Shown piece by piece: positions 1 through 13,700 of a stretch of 64,000 nt of DNA; the first letter of the stretch is position 1; the number at the start of each line of letters is the position of its first letter. The stretch comes from Botryllus schlosseri (lineage: Eukaryota). The stretch is taken from contig CM119371.1 in NCBI GenBank assembly GCA_051294905.1, positions 25,670,001-25,734,000 on the forward strand. Reading direction: 5' to 3'. The notes under the pieces are model-generated. The model was not told the origin of the DNA. It saw nothing but the letters and a program-made list of their open reading frames with translations, and made no database searches. The position numbers and the translations under genes were made by a program.

Positions 1-662
1 TTAGACCCGTAACCCAAATTGAGTGATAGACATCCATACTCAAGAGTCGTGATTGCTGGTATTTCAATCATGATATTAATGCTTGGCTTCCAAATTGTAT
101 TATTGAAGTACCGATATTCAATTCTACCCAGCGCTACGGTTTGAGTATTGCAATACTAACTTGGATAGCTCGGCATCGGATGCGGGGAAAAGACGACGGA
201 TACGAAGATCTACCAAATATGATTCCGATTCAAGGTCTGATTCGGGTGGTCACGAGAAGATTCAAAGAAAACGCACATGTTCCACTGATACCAGTTTACC
301 AGTGATACTGATCTTGCTGAAGCTCGGGCGAAACAGTTCGAAAAGAAATCTCAGCATCTTGAAGAAAAGTGAAGGAAGAAATCTGCCAGTAATGTCATGA
401 TTTTGCGGACAGTGCATCACCAATTTAGTGAATTTACCAAATGCAGGTTAGAGCTTAATTCCTCCATGTGGTATCAAAACAGCAAGAAATCTGCAGTTAT
501 GACCGTTTGATTTGTAAAAAAAATTATTCAACTCTTATATATAGTCTAGAAAGCTGAGCTGGGTATACCGTATGTAAGTTATGAATTATTTGAAATTTTT
601 TATGCTCAGCTCATGCAATGATGACTGTAGAAACTTCCAATTTGATAACTCAGCGTTGATGT

Positions 663-1400
663 TAGAGCTGGCGACCAGAATGGACAATTTAATTAGACGG
701 GTCTATATCGAAAGCTACTTTCGCACTGACTCCGAAAAGAGAAATTAAAATCTGGTCCGGGCACTGGAACGCGCCGGAAATCGCCCTCGAAGGGCTAAGT
801 CGGTATTGTTTCTATCAATGGTAACGTCGGTAGACAATGACCGTTCAATGTATCGTACTGATTGTGACATCATTGGGCGCCTTGGCGAAGTCGCTTGCCG
901 TATTCCCCGTGATTCTCAGAGTATAGCGCGTCGTATCAATGGCTGTAGCGCAAATAAGTCGTAATGTGAATAGTTTGTGTATTTTATGCGTCGTCGCGCA
1001 TTCAAAAATTTGGATAAGTATAAATTATAGCACAAAAGCCTAAACAATCTAAACATATATTGTAGAATTTACTATCAACGCGTATTTCTTGGTACGCAAC
1101 AGGCCGATCTACAAAACAGTTTGTTCCATTCGGCACAGCGGTTCTTGAATTTCATTGTAATATATATTCAGCACGACTTCGCCAAGGCGTTCAATGATGT
1201 CACAATCAGTTCTACACATTTGATTTGTCATTGTCTACTGCCGCTACCTTTGTTAGAAACAATGCAGATTTTAAAAGCAATTTTCAGGGCGTTTTAGTGC
1301 CCGTACCAGATTTTAATTTATATTTTCTGAATCAGTGCGAAAGTAGCTTTTTATTGAGACCTGTTTTATTAAATTTTGCGCTCTCTGTTCGCCAGCTATA
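663..1400. mobile_element. Non-autonomous DNA element (MITE-like) with ~230-bp imperfect inverted arms
   Basis: 663-893 (tagagctggcga...cttggcgaagtcg) is the diverged reverse complement of ~1174-1400 (cgacttcgccaag...tcgccagctata). Confidence 0.7.
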
Positions 1401-1487
1401 AAATTACCATTATTTGACTGCGTTTAATCAACCCATGCCCGTTATTGCGTGTTTGAGTTGCCACTGACTGTTATTTATCTGTTCAGA

Positions 1488-1851
1488 TACGTTGTCTCAG
1501 CAAGTAGCCCTTCCTAGAGAGAGTCGTCTAGGTTCATTCTGCTGGGAATTTCCTACTGGAAATGGTGAGTATATGGTATATTTAATTGATTAGCGCTGAG
1601 TTTCCCAATAGAGTGGCAACTGATAAAGTTGGGCAGAACTGGGAAGAAAGCTCTGTGTGCACTAAGTTTATACAATATATTATATATCGTAGGTTGAACT
1701 AGTTGTCGTCTCTATAAATTGTTTATTATAATCTTCCTGTTTAGGTGCTTGTTGCAATATTCCTACGACTGTTCCGGAAAAGGACTACGAGATTGAAGTC
1801 AGATCGGTGTTGCGCCATGCACCATCCAAAAACAGAAATCAGCAATACGAG
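1488..1851 (+). CDS. Two putative spliced exons (1488-1564, 1746-1851) of a DUF4806/BEN-like protein; gene or pseudogene fragment
   Basis: ttcag|...|gtgagt and ttag|...|gtagat junctions join in frame to give DTLSQQVALPRESRLGSFCWEFPTGNGACCNIPTTVPEKDYEIEVRSVLRHAPSKNRNQQYE. The LRHAP ending resembles DUF4806-type C-termini (from recall, not searched). Confidence 0.35.
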
Positions 1852-4251
1852 GTAGATGCAATATTGATTGTCTAAATATATTGCGAAGAGGGGATAATGG
1901 TTATATTGCATAACCATCTCATAGGCGCCGACTTCTATTTCTACATAGGGTGATCAGATGAAACAAGGGAGGGGTTTGAAATTTCTTCAAATTTACCAAG
2001 TTAGCATCATTTATTACGGTTAAGTACATGCATCTTCTGATTTTCAGTATTAGCGCGAATCAATTACGTTCGTTCGCGTCTGTTCGTGGCCAATTGCGCA
2101 GATTCAGGTTTATTCAATTTGACGCTGTCAGTCTTAAGCCAGTATAACATAACAATCAAATAAGTAGAGATAGCAGGCAAATCATATGATGCCTGTACCA
2201 GACGCTATAGTTTAGGCCAGCGATGTTATCACATGCGCCAGTCCTGCTGTAGACTCGATAGTTCAGGCTGGTAACGATATCAGGCATAGTCTGGCGCACG
2301 TGATATTTCATGCCAGCGATTATAGCGTGCATGCGGACGCGCTAAATGGTTTGAAATTCGATCCGCGATATGGTTGAGCTCGAGTACGTCCAGCAATGAA
2401 GTTATTGTATTGGAAAATAGAAGGTTCCCGTTCGAACTAATTGAATAAATTCAGAATTTACGCCACAGAAAACCTTGTGTTGCATCACTATTTGACAACG
2501 TAATTCAACGCCGTGCACTGCACAATGCGCAGTATGATCAACGGATCAAACACCGACAAGTGACATCGAGGAAATGCGAGTGTATAAACCAGACAAGAAT
2601 TAGTAGCCTACAGATGATAGCAGACGTAAAAGCACGCATCCGAGGCCTACGATACGAATATTGTAGGCCTCGCCTGGCGCATCTAATCAGTAATTCACCA
2701 ACTTGAATACAGCACAATGGGTCGGAACCTAGTCTGACAACACGACAAATGCATGTCGAAATCACCATCATTTGAACGTGTCTATTAGCTATTTCAATGA
2801 AGTCTACTAATTTCCAGCTAATCCGTGTCATATCTTTTATTCGTCAACTGGCGATGTCTTCATCCAAACTCTACCATAGGCCCCTGTAAAGATGGAAATG
2901 AGTGGGAATAAGCATCCCTACATCTTAGGCATTTTTGATCATGTCGGAGTGGTGAAATTTTCCACCGTAAATACTATTATTTGAAAAATGATGGAAATTT
3001 CTAATTGGATCACCTCAGCATCTGCGAATTGAAATGAGTCAAATTTTTTGTGCAAGGTATTTTAGGTAACCTAATGATTTGCCAGCTAAGCCAATCAAAT
3101 TTGAAAAAAAGTTTTTTTTGAACACCCCTAGTGTCCACTGTTCCATAACGATTATAAATTTTAATATTCATGATTTGTGCGTTTATGCATAGTATGCTGT
3201 ACTTTGTCAGTGTTTGAATGAATTTTGCAAGGCGTTCGGAATTGGTAGCATTTTGAAGGATCGTTTCATGTTCGCTTGTAATGATTTTCTTGCTAATTAT
3301 TTTAGGACAAGAATGCAGAACAAGTCCATATCCTGTCTCAGTCTTACGCAGACAAGGAAGAGGATGCAGTATAAAGTCATTTCCCTCATACCAACTTTTG
3401 ACCTCGTTGCAAGTTGAACCTGTATGAAGATTGAAGATATTTCCAGCTAGAGAGATTGTTGGTTGCAAGTGTGCATTGCTTGCTGTGGAATTTTTTACAA
3501 GTTACAGTTGAATCTTCAGATTATTATTTTCATCCGCTCTAGACACGGCATATACGATCAAAAAGGGGTGAAAGTGAGTCATCCTTGCTGCTCAAGTAAA
3601 GGTGGATCTGAAATTGTGACTACTTGAGTATTTTCCAAAAGTAGAACGAGTCGCACACTTGCAGGTTACTGCAGTTGGTAGAGGCCGCTTTCAAAATTGC
3701 AGGATGTACGCGAAAAATATATAATGGCACTCCAATTGTGCGATTTCTAAATTGCATTCACTATTTACTACATTATAGGGGCTATCTAACTGGTTATGTC
3801 TGGAAAACCTAAGTAGAAGTAGTAAAAAAACATGCAGTACAAGTAGGCGAAACCCGAGTAGAAGTGCTTTGTTTGTTATACTGCACCTTGCTCAATGTGT
3901 GACAGATCTGCACATAGAGGATGTCCTAACGAGCAATTGACCAGAATAAAACATCCTGTTTTTTTTGTATCTCTATTCGTATTACCTCTTCACCTTCGAA
4001 ACTTGCCATCTTAATTCTTAAATATCAACGTCGGATATTTCCCTAGTGTGCAACGGTGCATGTCTTTTTACTGTCATTGAAGAACTTCAACCTGCCACTT
4101 TGAATTTTTTTCCTATGGTATTCTCATATAGTGAACGTAATTTTGCAACTTGATTTGACAGTTGTTGCTTCGACTCGATGCTTTGCTTTTTTTACTGCAC
4201 TGCAAATTTGAATGTATCGCTATGTCTTGTTGGCATAATGATTTTCAAACC

Positions 4252-5018
4252 TTGCCAGCCTCTTGTTTTTCTGATACATTTGTGTATGTATGTGCATGTG
4301 CATTAGGGCTCTTCAAAAATGACCTTTTTTCTCAAATCGTACTGGCTACTTGATAAAATTGGTAGGTTACCTAATTTAAGCCTACATACAAAATTTGGTT
4401 CAATTCCAGCCAGTAACCGCTTTGCTACAGGAGAAGAAAGTTTCTGTTTATTATTTGAAAATAAATAATGAAAAATTTGAAAATTTTCTGTTCACCCCAT
4501 GAAAGTGTTAGGCTGTCTATAGAAACGATGCTCACCAAATTTGGTTCAATTCCAACCAGTGGAAGCGGAGTTATTGCCGTCGAAAAATTTGGGTTTGAAT
4601 AAAATAGTGATTACGGTGACCGATTCTTTGTTTATTTATTATAGTTGTGCTCACCGTAAATACTATTTTATTCAAATCCAAATTTTTCGACGGCAATAAC
4701 TCCACTTCCACTGGTTGGAATTGAACCAAATTTGGTGAGCATCGTTTCTATAGACAGCCTAACACTTTCATGGGGTGAACAGAAAATTTTCAAATTTTTC
4801 ATTATTTATTTTTAAATAATAAACAGAAACTTTCTTCTCCTGTAGCAAAGCGGTTACTGGCTGGAATTGAACCAAATTTTGTATGTAGGCTTAAATTAGG
4901 TAACCTACCAATTTTATCAAGTAGCCAGTACGATTTGAGAAAAAAGGTCATTTTTGAAGAGCCCTAATGCACATGCACATACATACACAAATGTATCAGA
5001 AAAACAAGAGGCTGGCAA
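4252..5018. repeat. Near-perfect 767-bp palindrome (arms ~4252-4619 and ~4651-5018, ~31-bp spacer)
   Basis: ttgccagcctcttg...ttacggtga is the reverse complement of tcaccgtaaa...gaggctggcaa with only a few mismatches. Each arm contains a ~310-bp dispersed repeat also found singly at ~44800-45100 and diverged at ~2963-3130. Confidence 0.95.
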
Positions 5019-5035
5019 TGATGATGATGATGATG

Positions 5036-6930
5036 ACGTGTTCAGGGTAACCGTTATCAAGTAAGATTTTTCGGATGTTGTCAAGTTATAATTAGAGCAA
5101 TTTTTTTGACCTAAAAAACGGAAGATTTTGACCTAAAAAATTTACATTTTGACCTTTTCTGACCTAAAAAACCGAAATTTGACCAAATACGTATGCAAAT
5201 TAGGTATTTTCGTATATAATGTTAAAATTGTACTACTCATCTTCATTTCTGGTTGGAACTGTCTGTCTTTACAAAGTAGATTGGCCTGAAAAAACGTTTT
5301 GGGCTCTAAAACTGACAGATTTTTACATGAAAAACTAGTATTTTAACGAAATCTAGCCCTATGAAGAATTCCAGTAGTTACATTACGTATTCTGGTGGGA
5401 ATAATTAAAATTTGTTGTAGTACAACGAAAGATCCTTTCCTACATTCTCGGGTAGAAAGTGTCTGTCCTTACTACGTAGCTTGCCAAGAACGGAGAAAGA
5501 ACGTTCAACAGCAGCATTTGTTGGCTGACAACACTCAAGTTGTGTGCACACTGCTGGTGACAAACCGTGTTGCTTCATTCTGACAATGTTGTCTATATCA
5601 CAATTTTTCAGCTTGCGCTTCTTGATATAAGAACCATGCAATGTCCAAGCAGTCTTGCTTCAGCTAGGATATTGCGGTACGTTGACCATAAAACCATGTC
5701 ACTATTAGTTTCATTTGACCATTTATGATTCACAATGAGCAGATGATGGTCCGTTTACAACGGTGAGCCTATAAAGTAGGCTACAAGCTGTAAAATATCA
5801 AATGATAAGTTCACCGACAGCGCAAAATCTAGGATACAAACGAAAAGCAGAGGTCAAAAAATGTAAACAATTTTGACAAATTTTGACCTAACGCTACAAT
5901 TTTGACCTAATTTTGACTTTTTTTGACATGTCATGCCCTAGTTATAATATCAGTTTGTTACCCGAACATATACTCAACGCTCTATGCACGAGGGTGCCTA
6001 TGAGGTTAATTTTTCTGCGACGAGGACTGAATGAGTTCCAACGAAGGCATTGGCCTGTGAATGTCGGTTTCCTGAAGACAGACGTTTAAAATTTGTTGGT
6101 ATTGCGCTTTTCGACTAAAACGTCCAGAAATGATAATGAGGTATTGCGTTCTTTTTCTATTGTGAATTGCAAGGCCGGGTGAAGCGAGTTTAAGCGAACT
6201 AGGAATTGATCACACGCTGACTCATTTCTGAAGATGACAAAAGTATCATCTACATATCGGCGGTACAATAGTGGTTTGACGGACTCACGCTGGGAGAGAA
6301 GCTCGTTCTCATAATATCCTACAAAAATGTTGGCCAAAATAGGTCCCAGGGGACTACCCATTGCCACGCCGTCTATTTGGCGAAACATGACCTCGTTAGA
6401 GCTAAACTCCACGGAACAGGTTGCCGCTTGTAAAATTTCAACAAAGACGTTTCGCGGGATTGATGGTGGTGGTAACTTACCACCGTAAAGCGCGTTGGCA
6501 CAAATATCAATAGTCTCATGCAGCGGAACGTTCGTAAAGAGAATCCAGGTTTCGTATTTCACCATCGAACGTGAACGAATCGCGAACGCATTCCGTGCCG
6601 TACAATTCCCGAACAGGTTCCAAAATGTCAATAAGCCATTTTGCCGGCTGATGTTTAGCAGACCCGATCATGGAGGGTATCGGTCTCACTGGGACATTGT
6701 CGTTGTGAGTTTTTGGCAGTCCGTACATGCGTGGTCTTTGCGATCCCGTTGGTCGGATGGACATCGTTTTTCTTCAAGGTCAGCAACCGGTTTGTCAGTC
6801 GTCTTTCAATTTTAGGTGTATTTTCGAATTCCGAAACCAAACCAAGCGAGATAAATAATAGATTAAAAAACACCTACTTAAACACCTTTTGTCGGTATAT
6901 AAACATTGAACTTGATAATAAATCTCGGTA
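5036..6930 (-). mobile_element. Decayed Penelope-like retroelement RT, interrupted by a hAT insertion
   Basis: Motifs PRMYGLPKTH, DGVAMGSPLGPILANIF, YRRYVDDTF, FLDVLV, FRKPTFTG and KINLIGTLVHRAL continue across the 5093-5940 insertion to LLDNGYP. Frameshifts and stops are present; the endonuclease region is absent. Confidence 0.9.
5093..5940 (-). mobile_element. Non-autonomous hAT derivative retaining the C-terminal dimerisation domain
   Basis: Perfect 8-bp TSD gttataat (5085-5092, 5941-5948); termini tagagca.../...tgcccta; subterminal ttttgacc repeats; ORF 5405-5641 has PTNAAVERSFS. Confidence 0.85.
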
Positions 6931-7521
6931 GCATGTTATGTTCAACTGCGGACGCAGAATGGTGCATACCGGGGATTCTCAACACGAGGCCCGCGGACGC
7001 ATATTTTCCAGCCCGTATCATCTTTCATCACGAAAGCAATTAATATTGACATGGTATTGCTTCATATCAATTTAGCTACTTAGCTCCATCTCTCTTTTGC
7101 TTAATGTATGGTTACCATACGTCCTCCTTTTGAAAGATTTGTCCTCCCTTTTCACGAAATTGAAAATGTCCTCCAAGGACACCTAGTCAAACTTTTGTTT
7201 TATCAATGCAACAAGATTTCCTGTAAATTTTTCTAAGTCAGCTGCTTTCAATTTCGGTATACTAATTTTTATGACTTTTGGAAAGCGTCCTCCTCTCCGG
7301 ATTCCAAAATATGATAAAGGTAGCTACTACGAATAAGTAATTGAATGTTGCAAGCCAAATCAACAGGATAAGTACGTTACAGGTAATTGGATGTTCTCAT
7401 TGCCCATCTGGGTTTGCATTGATATTTATCTTCATGACTGACTTGTACCAAATATGCAAATGCCCCAAACCCTTTTAACCGTAACGCAATGACAGATATA
7501 CAGTTATTAAGGCGGTCGGTG

Positions 7522-8529
7522 TAGGGATTGCGTAAACGTGAGGTTCACGCTCGCGTTCTGTGAGTGTACCTCAGAAATTTAGAGGTTCACGTTGACAAAA
7601 GAACCTTGGTAGGTTCGGAACTATGAACTATGAACCTTCTGACATGATTTGCTTTTTTCACGCCATTATAACATCTTGTTGAAATTCTACGCTTTGCCAC
7701 TTCGAGCCACTCCATGCATGGCGCTAGCAGCCTAAAAAAACTCTAAGCGAGCGTGTACCTGGCCAATCCCAAAAATTTTACTTGCTTTGTTTGCAAAAGT
7801 TTGCGCGAAATATCCAGCTTTCCATTTGTAAATATTTAGTGACGCTCTGCTGTGAGATTGACCCGCAATGACACAATGTCAAGAACGAGATATGCTACAT
7901 TGAGGTAGTCAGCGAATGATGCTTATTCAACTGAGCAATAAAATTGATATAACGAGTACATCGTTGTCTAATGCAAAAATGAAGTATGCCTATGCGTATG
8001 GGAACCAACTTGATTTGATATGTTTATTGCATCATAAAAACCAAATCAGTGCGATTGGGGTGTTGGCTGCTGCCTGCTGTACAACTTGTTAATGGGGTAG
8101 TTTCGGTAGCAAGTATATAGAAACACGTTTTACACACTGCCGTGTATCAAGCAATAGTCAGACGCCGAATACAATGTTTGGTCTGGCGTAGATGGCCAAG
8201 GTGTAAGATTATTTTCCCTTGCAAGTCCTCTTCGAAATTGTTGGCGAAGCTATAGAAGATATTGATTTTATGGGATAATTATAGCATTGATACATTTGAT
8301 AGCATTTAAAAAGTCAGCATGTACTTCAGCATTGTGGCATAATGTGGCCTGAGTCGTCTCTAGGTATCTACGTTGATATATCACTTCACTGAAATACAGT
8401 GTTTGAATAGGCAATAAGACGTCACTTGGCGTCATACGTTCGCGATCGCGTTCACACAGAACCTTTCAAAAAGTTTCGCGTTCACAGTAACATGAATCTT
8501 TTAGACTTTAGAGGTTCACGCCATCCCTA
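7522..8529. mobile_element. hAT-like non-autonomous element (~1 kb)
   Basis: TIRs tagggattgcgtaaac / gttcacgccatcccta; subterminal gaggttcacg motifs; gcggtcggt occurs on both flanks. Confidence 0.7.
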
Positions 8530-8884
8530 GCGGTCGGTAATGCATCACTACATATTGAAAGTACTCAAGTAGCTTTTGCCTCCTTGCAATACTAACTCAA
8601 CTGGTTCTATTTTGATATTGCAAAAATTTATCCTCAATAGCTTTACTGTAAAATATGCCTTCTTTCACGTTCTATATATGGTAAGAAAGAAATTATTTTG
8701 GGATGTGTTGGCATCAAGTCTTTTGAAAATGGGAATAAAAACTGGGCGAATAAGGCTAAACAGCTCCTGTATCTCGGTGACTAAATTTATTTCGTCAAAT
8801 TCCACATCTATAGTCGTTTGACGTTGGTTGCGAAGATACACCCTGAACCATTACTACTAGTCCATTATTATCTATCTTCTACCC

Positions 8885-9562
8885 CAAGGACGGGCAACAT
8901 ACGGCCCGCGACATGATTGTAAGCGGCCCACGGAGAGTTTTCGGTCGTAATAATGTGACCTGCAGCGACGGTCTCCCGCAATCCCCCACTAGTTGCTTTT
9001 TACCTGTAGAGTATTTAAGCGTGTATGTGTGAGTAGAGTGCGAGAGTGGGGCTTACGTGTAAGTTTGTCAACACGAAAAGGATTTCATTACCAGCGTTTA
9101 CACTTGCGCTCAATCGTAATGAATTTTTAACTTGGTAAATTTGGAAAAATCCCATGCCCTCATTCGTATATACACATTATACCAGGGGCGCGCAACATAC
9201 GGCCTGCAGTCACAATCTGCCGCAAGTCTCCAATATTAGCTCACCACGTCAAATTATGGTGACTGTAGGCTACTCATTTTTTTCTTATGACACAATAAAT
9301 AGTGTTTTTGGGTTATTCTTTGGTTGTTTGTTTTCTTTGTGTGTGACATGCAGTATACGAGTACAAAGAACATGTTTATCACTTTGATCGACCACAGATG
9401 TCTCATTGAGTTGAACAGCTATTGAAATACATTACATTAAAAATTCATTGAATACTGTTTTGGTTTCTATGCTTCAAACTTAAAAGATGCTTTAAATACT
9501 CCTAATCCTTGTATAGGTGAATAAAAACCCGTAAAAACGACTGGAGAAGTTGCCCGTCCCTG
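8885..9562. mobile_element. hAT (Charlie/Buster-like) MITE
   Basis: TIRs caaggacgggcaac / gttgcccgtccctg; perfect TSD ttctaccc. Confidence 0.85.
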
Positions 9563-10565
9563 TTCTACCCGTATCGGAACTGTACAATGTTTCTATTCGT
9601 GATAACTGTATTATAGCGGTTTTTGTCGCGTCCCGATTCGATGTTGGTACGTTTCAGTAATCGAAGACTTTGTGGTACTACTCTAATGAAATAGGCAGGT
9701 TACACTAGTGATGCAATGAAATACCAGACGAAATATTTTTACATCAAAAGTCCGTTTATTATGATTCTTATATAAAATAGCATGCAATATGAATCAATAC
9801 ATTGAATACATTATTATCCCGGTTATGTTGTAATATACAGCCGCCGTAAAATGAGAAGGACAGAGTTTCAAATAAAAAGTAAGGTGTTTTTTACATATTC
9901 GCTAGAAATCATCAAAAATGAAATGTAGATTGAATATATTCGTCCGGCGATTTATTTTGCTCTTGTTCGCATGCAATTTCGAACCCCCGACAATCATTAA
10001 GTGAAAGTCAGTAGCATTCCAATTTTATCGGATGAATACGTAAATGCAGTACCATTACAAATTCATATGCGAAGGAAATTTGTTACCACTAATAATGGAG
10101 CAAAGTAGTCAACCAAAAGTTGATAATATAAGTAGTTAATGCCAATTGATGAGTAGCAACGTTCTACATATGTCTAATCGTGTCATATATCTTTAGGCTG
10201 CGGCTTGACTCAGGATACAAAAACTCGTGAAGCAGTTTTGGTCGTAAGTAGCCGACCATATTTGCTGATTAGGGGTGTATAGCAAAAGCAAATTTATACG
10301 ACGCAAGCCTCTATGTTAAGGAATATTTCGGGGGTTCGCTGCTTATGTTATCTTGAAAGTATTGGTTAAAATATGCGATAAACACATCCTTGAAAATCGT
10401 TAAGAGGGTTGCAAGCAATCGAATACTTTTTCGCTTAGCACATTACTAATTTAAGAAGTGTTTCTTGTCGAAATCACACGTCACTCATTCAGGCTATATA
10501 ATGAGGATTTTGAAATGATAAAAACGCAGGGGGCGGAAAAAACACCGATAATATAAGCATAAAGT

Positions 10566-10571
10566 TTTATT
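10566..10571 (-). promoter_or_regulatory. Candidate AATAAA polyadenylation signal of the GPCR
   Basis: tttatt on the + strand, ~160 bp past the stop codon. Confidence 0.4.
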
Positions 10572-10729
10572 CATAACAACGTCCAAAACCGTCCAAAGTC
10601 TTATACATCAATAAAAAACTGATTACATGCACGCTCAACACCAACGTAGAGATAATATTTTAGAAACGTCATCCCAAATGTTAACTAATGATATATAGCA
10701 ATATCCAAGGCATTTTTCTGCTCCTAAAA

Positions 10730-13700
10730 TTAACAATGCAATTTCAAGTTTTCACCGTCCAGGCCGACTCGTTTCGAAGTGTCCATCTCGATCACGTTCA
10801 TTTTCATTGATTTCCGGTGGGGCGGAAGAGAGCTCCATAACCAACGGACTAATTTGCTTTTCTGAGCTAACAGACGATCAGGAAGATTGGAGTAGAGAAA
10901 TGGATTGAGAGCGCTGTTAATCGGGAGGATGAGTAAACCGGTTGGCAGGTAGGCGTCGTCCGGGATATTAATACCTAAAAATAATTATTGTAAACGAAAG
11001 TATAAATGATAATTGAACACGATATCCCTTCACCATTAGATTCTGTACATGCTTGTTATACATATAGGTAATATCGCTTCGATTTGCTACTCTGCAATTG
11101 TATGTAACACTGTCACATTCAAAGACGATTTGGATGGAATATCTCCAACCCCCATTCAGGAACTAGGAACAGGATTATTCCTCTTCATTCCATTATATGT
11201 AGTCAATGCGTAACATTGCAGTAACAGTTTCGAAAGACGCTAATCATTTTACTGATGCCATTACAGTAAAATATGCCAAGGCAATTATCATTCTAAGCCC
11301 GCCGGACTTCGCTGGGTGCAGGAAGTGATTAACACTGCATCTTGATGTAAAGTCGATTGTATGTGTGTTTGGGAGGTAGGATCAATGAACCTTGGTGACT
11401 ATTGATAAACTCGTATAGGTTATCATCACGTGCATTGCAGACAACGAAGTCAATATCCACAGTCCTTGCATACGTTATGGGGACCCGGTGCGGAAGCAGT
11501 GCGTCAAATGCATTGGATTGATACCCGCTATTATCGATCCTGTGTTTGGCTCGTCTCCAAGTAACCTCAAGCATCCCGCAAGTCACGCACAAGTGACGCT
11601 ACTCGATGCTGCAGATGACTTTGTAAGTCCATTATATTAGTCTGTGTTGATTCTCTGTAGTAATTCCCATCACCAAAACCAAATACGTCATTAAACTTGA
11701 ATATTTGATGACATTTGCCGGTCCGACGTATGAGACTAAGAACAATGTCCCCTGATAATATTGCCCTGAATCTTAGAGCAACTGTTGAGAATCACTGCTA
11801 GGTACCTACCCACTTATGATAGTAGAGAGTTGAAATTTGTTTCTCAATTCGTAATCATGTACCTGCCAGCTTCAAGAAACCCATAATGCATACAGGCATC
11901 CAGCAAAGAAAATCGGACACGAGGATCCTGGTGAGCTTGCGTTGCATAGTAGCGCTTTGCTTGCTCCTTTGGTCGCGAGATTTTGCTGATTCGAGAGCCC
12001 TTGTACTGCTCGCCTTTCTGTGAAAGAACTACAAGTGTGATAGACCTTCTACACTGTAGAATTTCGAAAATGCAAAAGTTGTCTTCAGAGATCTTTGTCG
12101 TTGACGTAGCCCTTTGGACGGGGTCGAGAAAGTATGATTCGCGAGGAAAATACGGTTCAATGATCGTATCAGATATATATATAGTTTTATATATATACAG
12201 TTTTAAATTATTCGCGCTAATGAAAAGCCGTGGTATTTTTCTTGACGTTTTTTTCTTGTAAAATTTTTCAAGGGTGATATTTGATACATGCGCAGCAAAT
12301 TTTGCACAGTATACAAGGCATTACATTGTTGTTATTTATAGTCAGTAAATTCTTATCATGTGGTAATCTTTTGCAACGCAGCCAATGACTACGTATGATG
12401 AAATGCACCACGATCGAAAAAGGCCTAAATATGGCATACAATGTAAGAGATAATTTGTCGGCACGACAATAAAATACAATCAATGCTCCAAAATCAGACG
12501 TTGTGAATATAAGACATCATGGATCCTGGACGTGAGACTGAGTTAACATTAACTTCAATTTCGATTTCCTTGCACCATCAAGTCACGAATCCCTAATTGT
12601 CACGCAAAAGGTGATTGACATATCGTTCTTTAGGAAATACAATTGATAATATTTGGCCAATACGACTACTCTAGCGGAAAAGGTTCGCGACCCCTGCTTT
12701 GCGCAATCAGATAAGAAGGTTCGTGATTTGTGTTCGTCCAGCCAGGTAACATCGACCGTAATCAGTACTAGGCACTTGGTCACAATATCAATGCTCAATA
12801 TATTGCCTCTGGTGCATGGGTTGGTTGTCGCATAATATTATACGCATGGCATACGCAAGTTTATCGATATAGGCAAGTTGAAATGACTGCTAAAGAACAT
12901 GATGAAATGAATCTATATCATAAGCGAAATTACAAGCGTTTTCGCGATGAATGTCATTTTGTTGGTTTGATAAGTACAAATTGGGCAACGGTCTTCAAAC
13001 TGAGTTCAATTGCTCAAATATCTTACATATTCCACCACGTGATTTTCGAAATTTTGCGTAAAAAACAAATGATTTCCATAAGACGCATCCTAAAATATAC
13101 GAGCACCGAAGGCTTTGTTGTGAACTTATATCTCTCACCTGTATAACTTCACGTAGCAGACGAGCATGAATACGAACGCCAGAAAATTGGTTACCAGAAG
13201 AATGAACGAGTACATCCATGACTTGTCTTTGCGGTCAGGAAATAATGTGGGAAGGCAAACTGTGTGACTGGAATAGTATCCGAATTCATGCGCCGTCTTT
13301 ATCGGGTTACTTGGATTGATTTTTGCGACAAGTCTCCTCAACGTTCCCCACCCAGTGCTGTTGAGTCAATAATTTCAATTTCACACGTTTTGCACTAATC
13401 AGTATGGTATCACCTGTCAACATTATCTTCGCTTGTGACATTCTTCATTAAACTGAGCCAGGTAATGATGCGCTTCTGATCGGTCTGATTGACCTTCGTT
13501 TTGAAAATCGAAGTGTCATTAAATCTGGAAACATTTAGCATAGTCATTGTTCGAGCGCATAAATTTCATCCAATTTTAATATCATCATGTCTAGGGTTCC
13601 ATTTAAAACAAACGGTGTTTTAAAGCACTTTGTGTTTTAAACAAAGGCCTTTTGAAAAATTGTGTTATTTCTAAGTGGTAAAATTATGCCATTATTGTCT

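Noticed and set aside
3010..4300. 152-aa ORF and neighbouring minus-strand frames
   Set aside because: May be a decayed coding relic, but no family is recognisable and the ORF runs into a repeat fragment.
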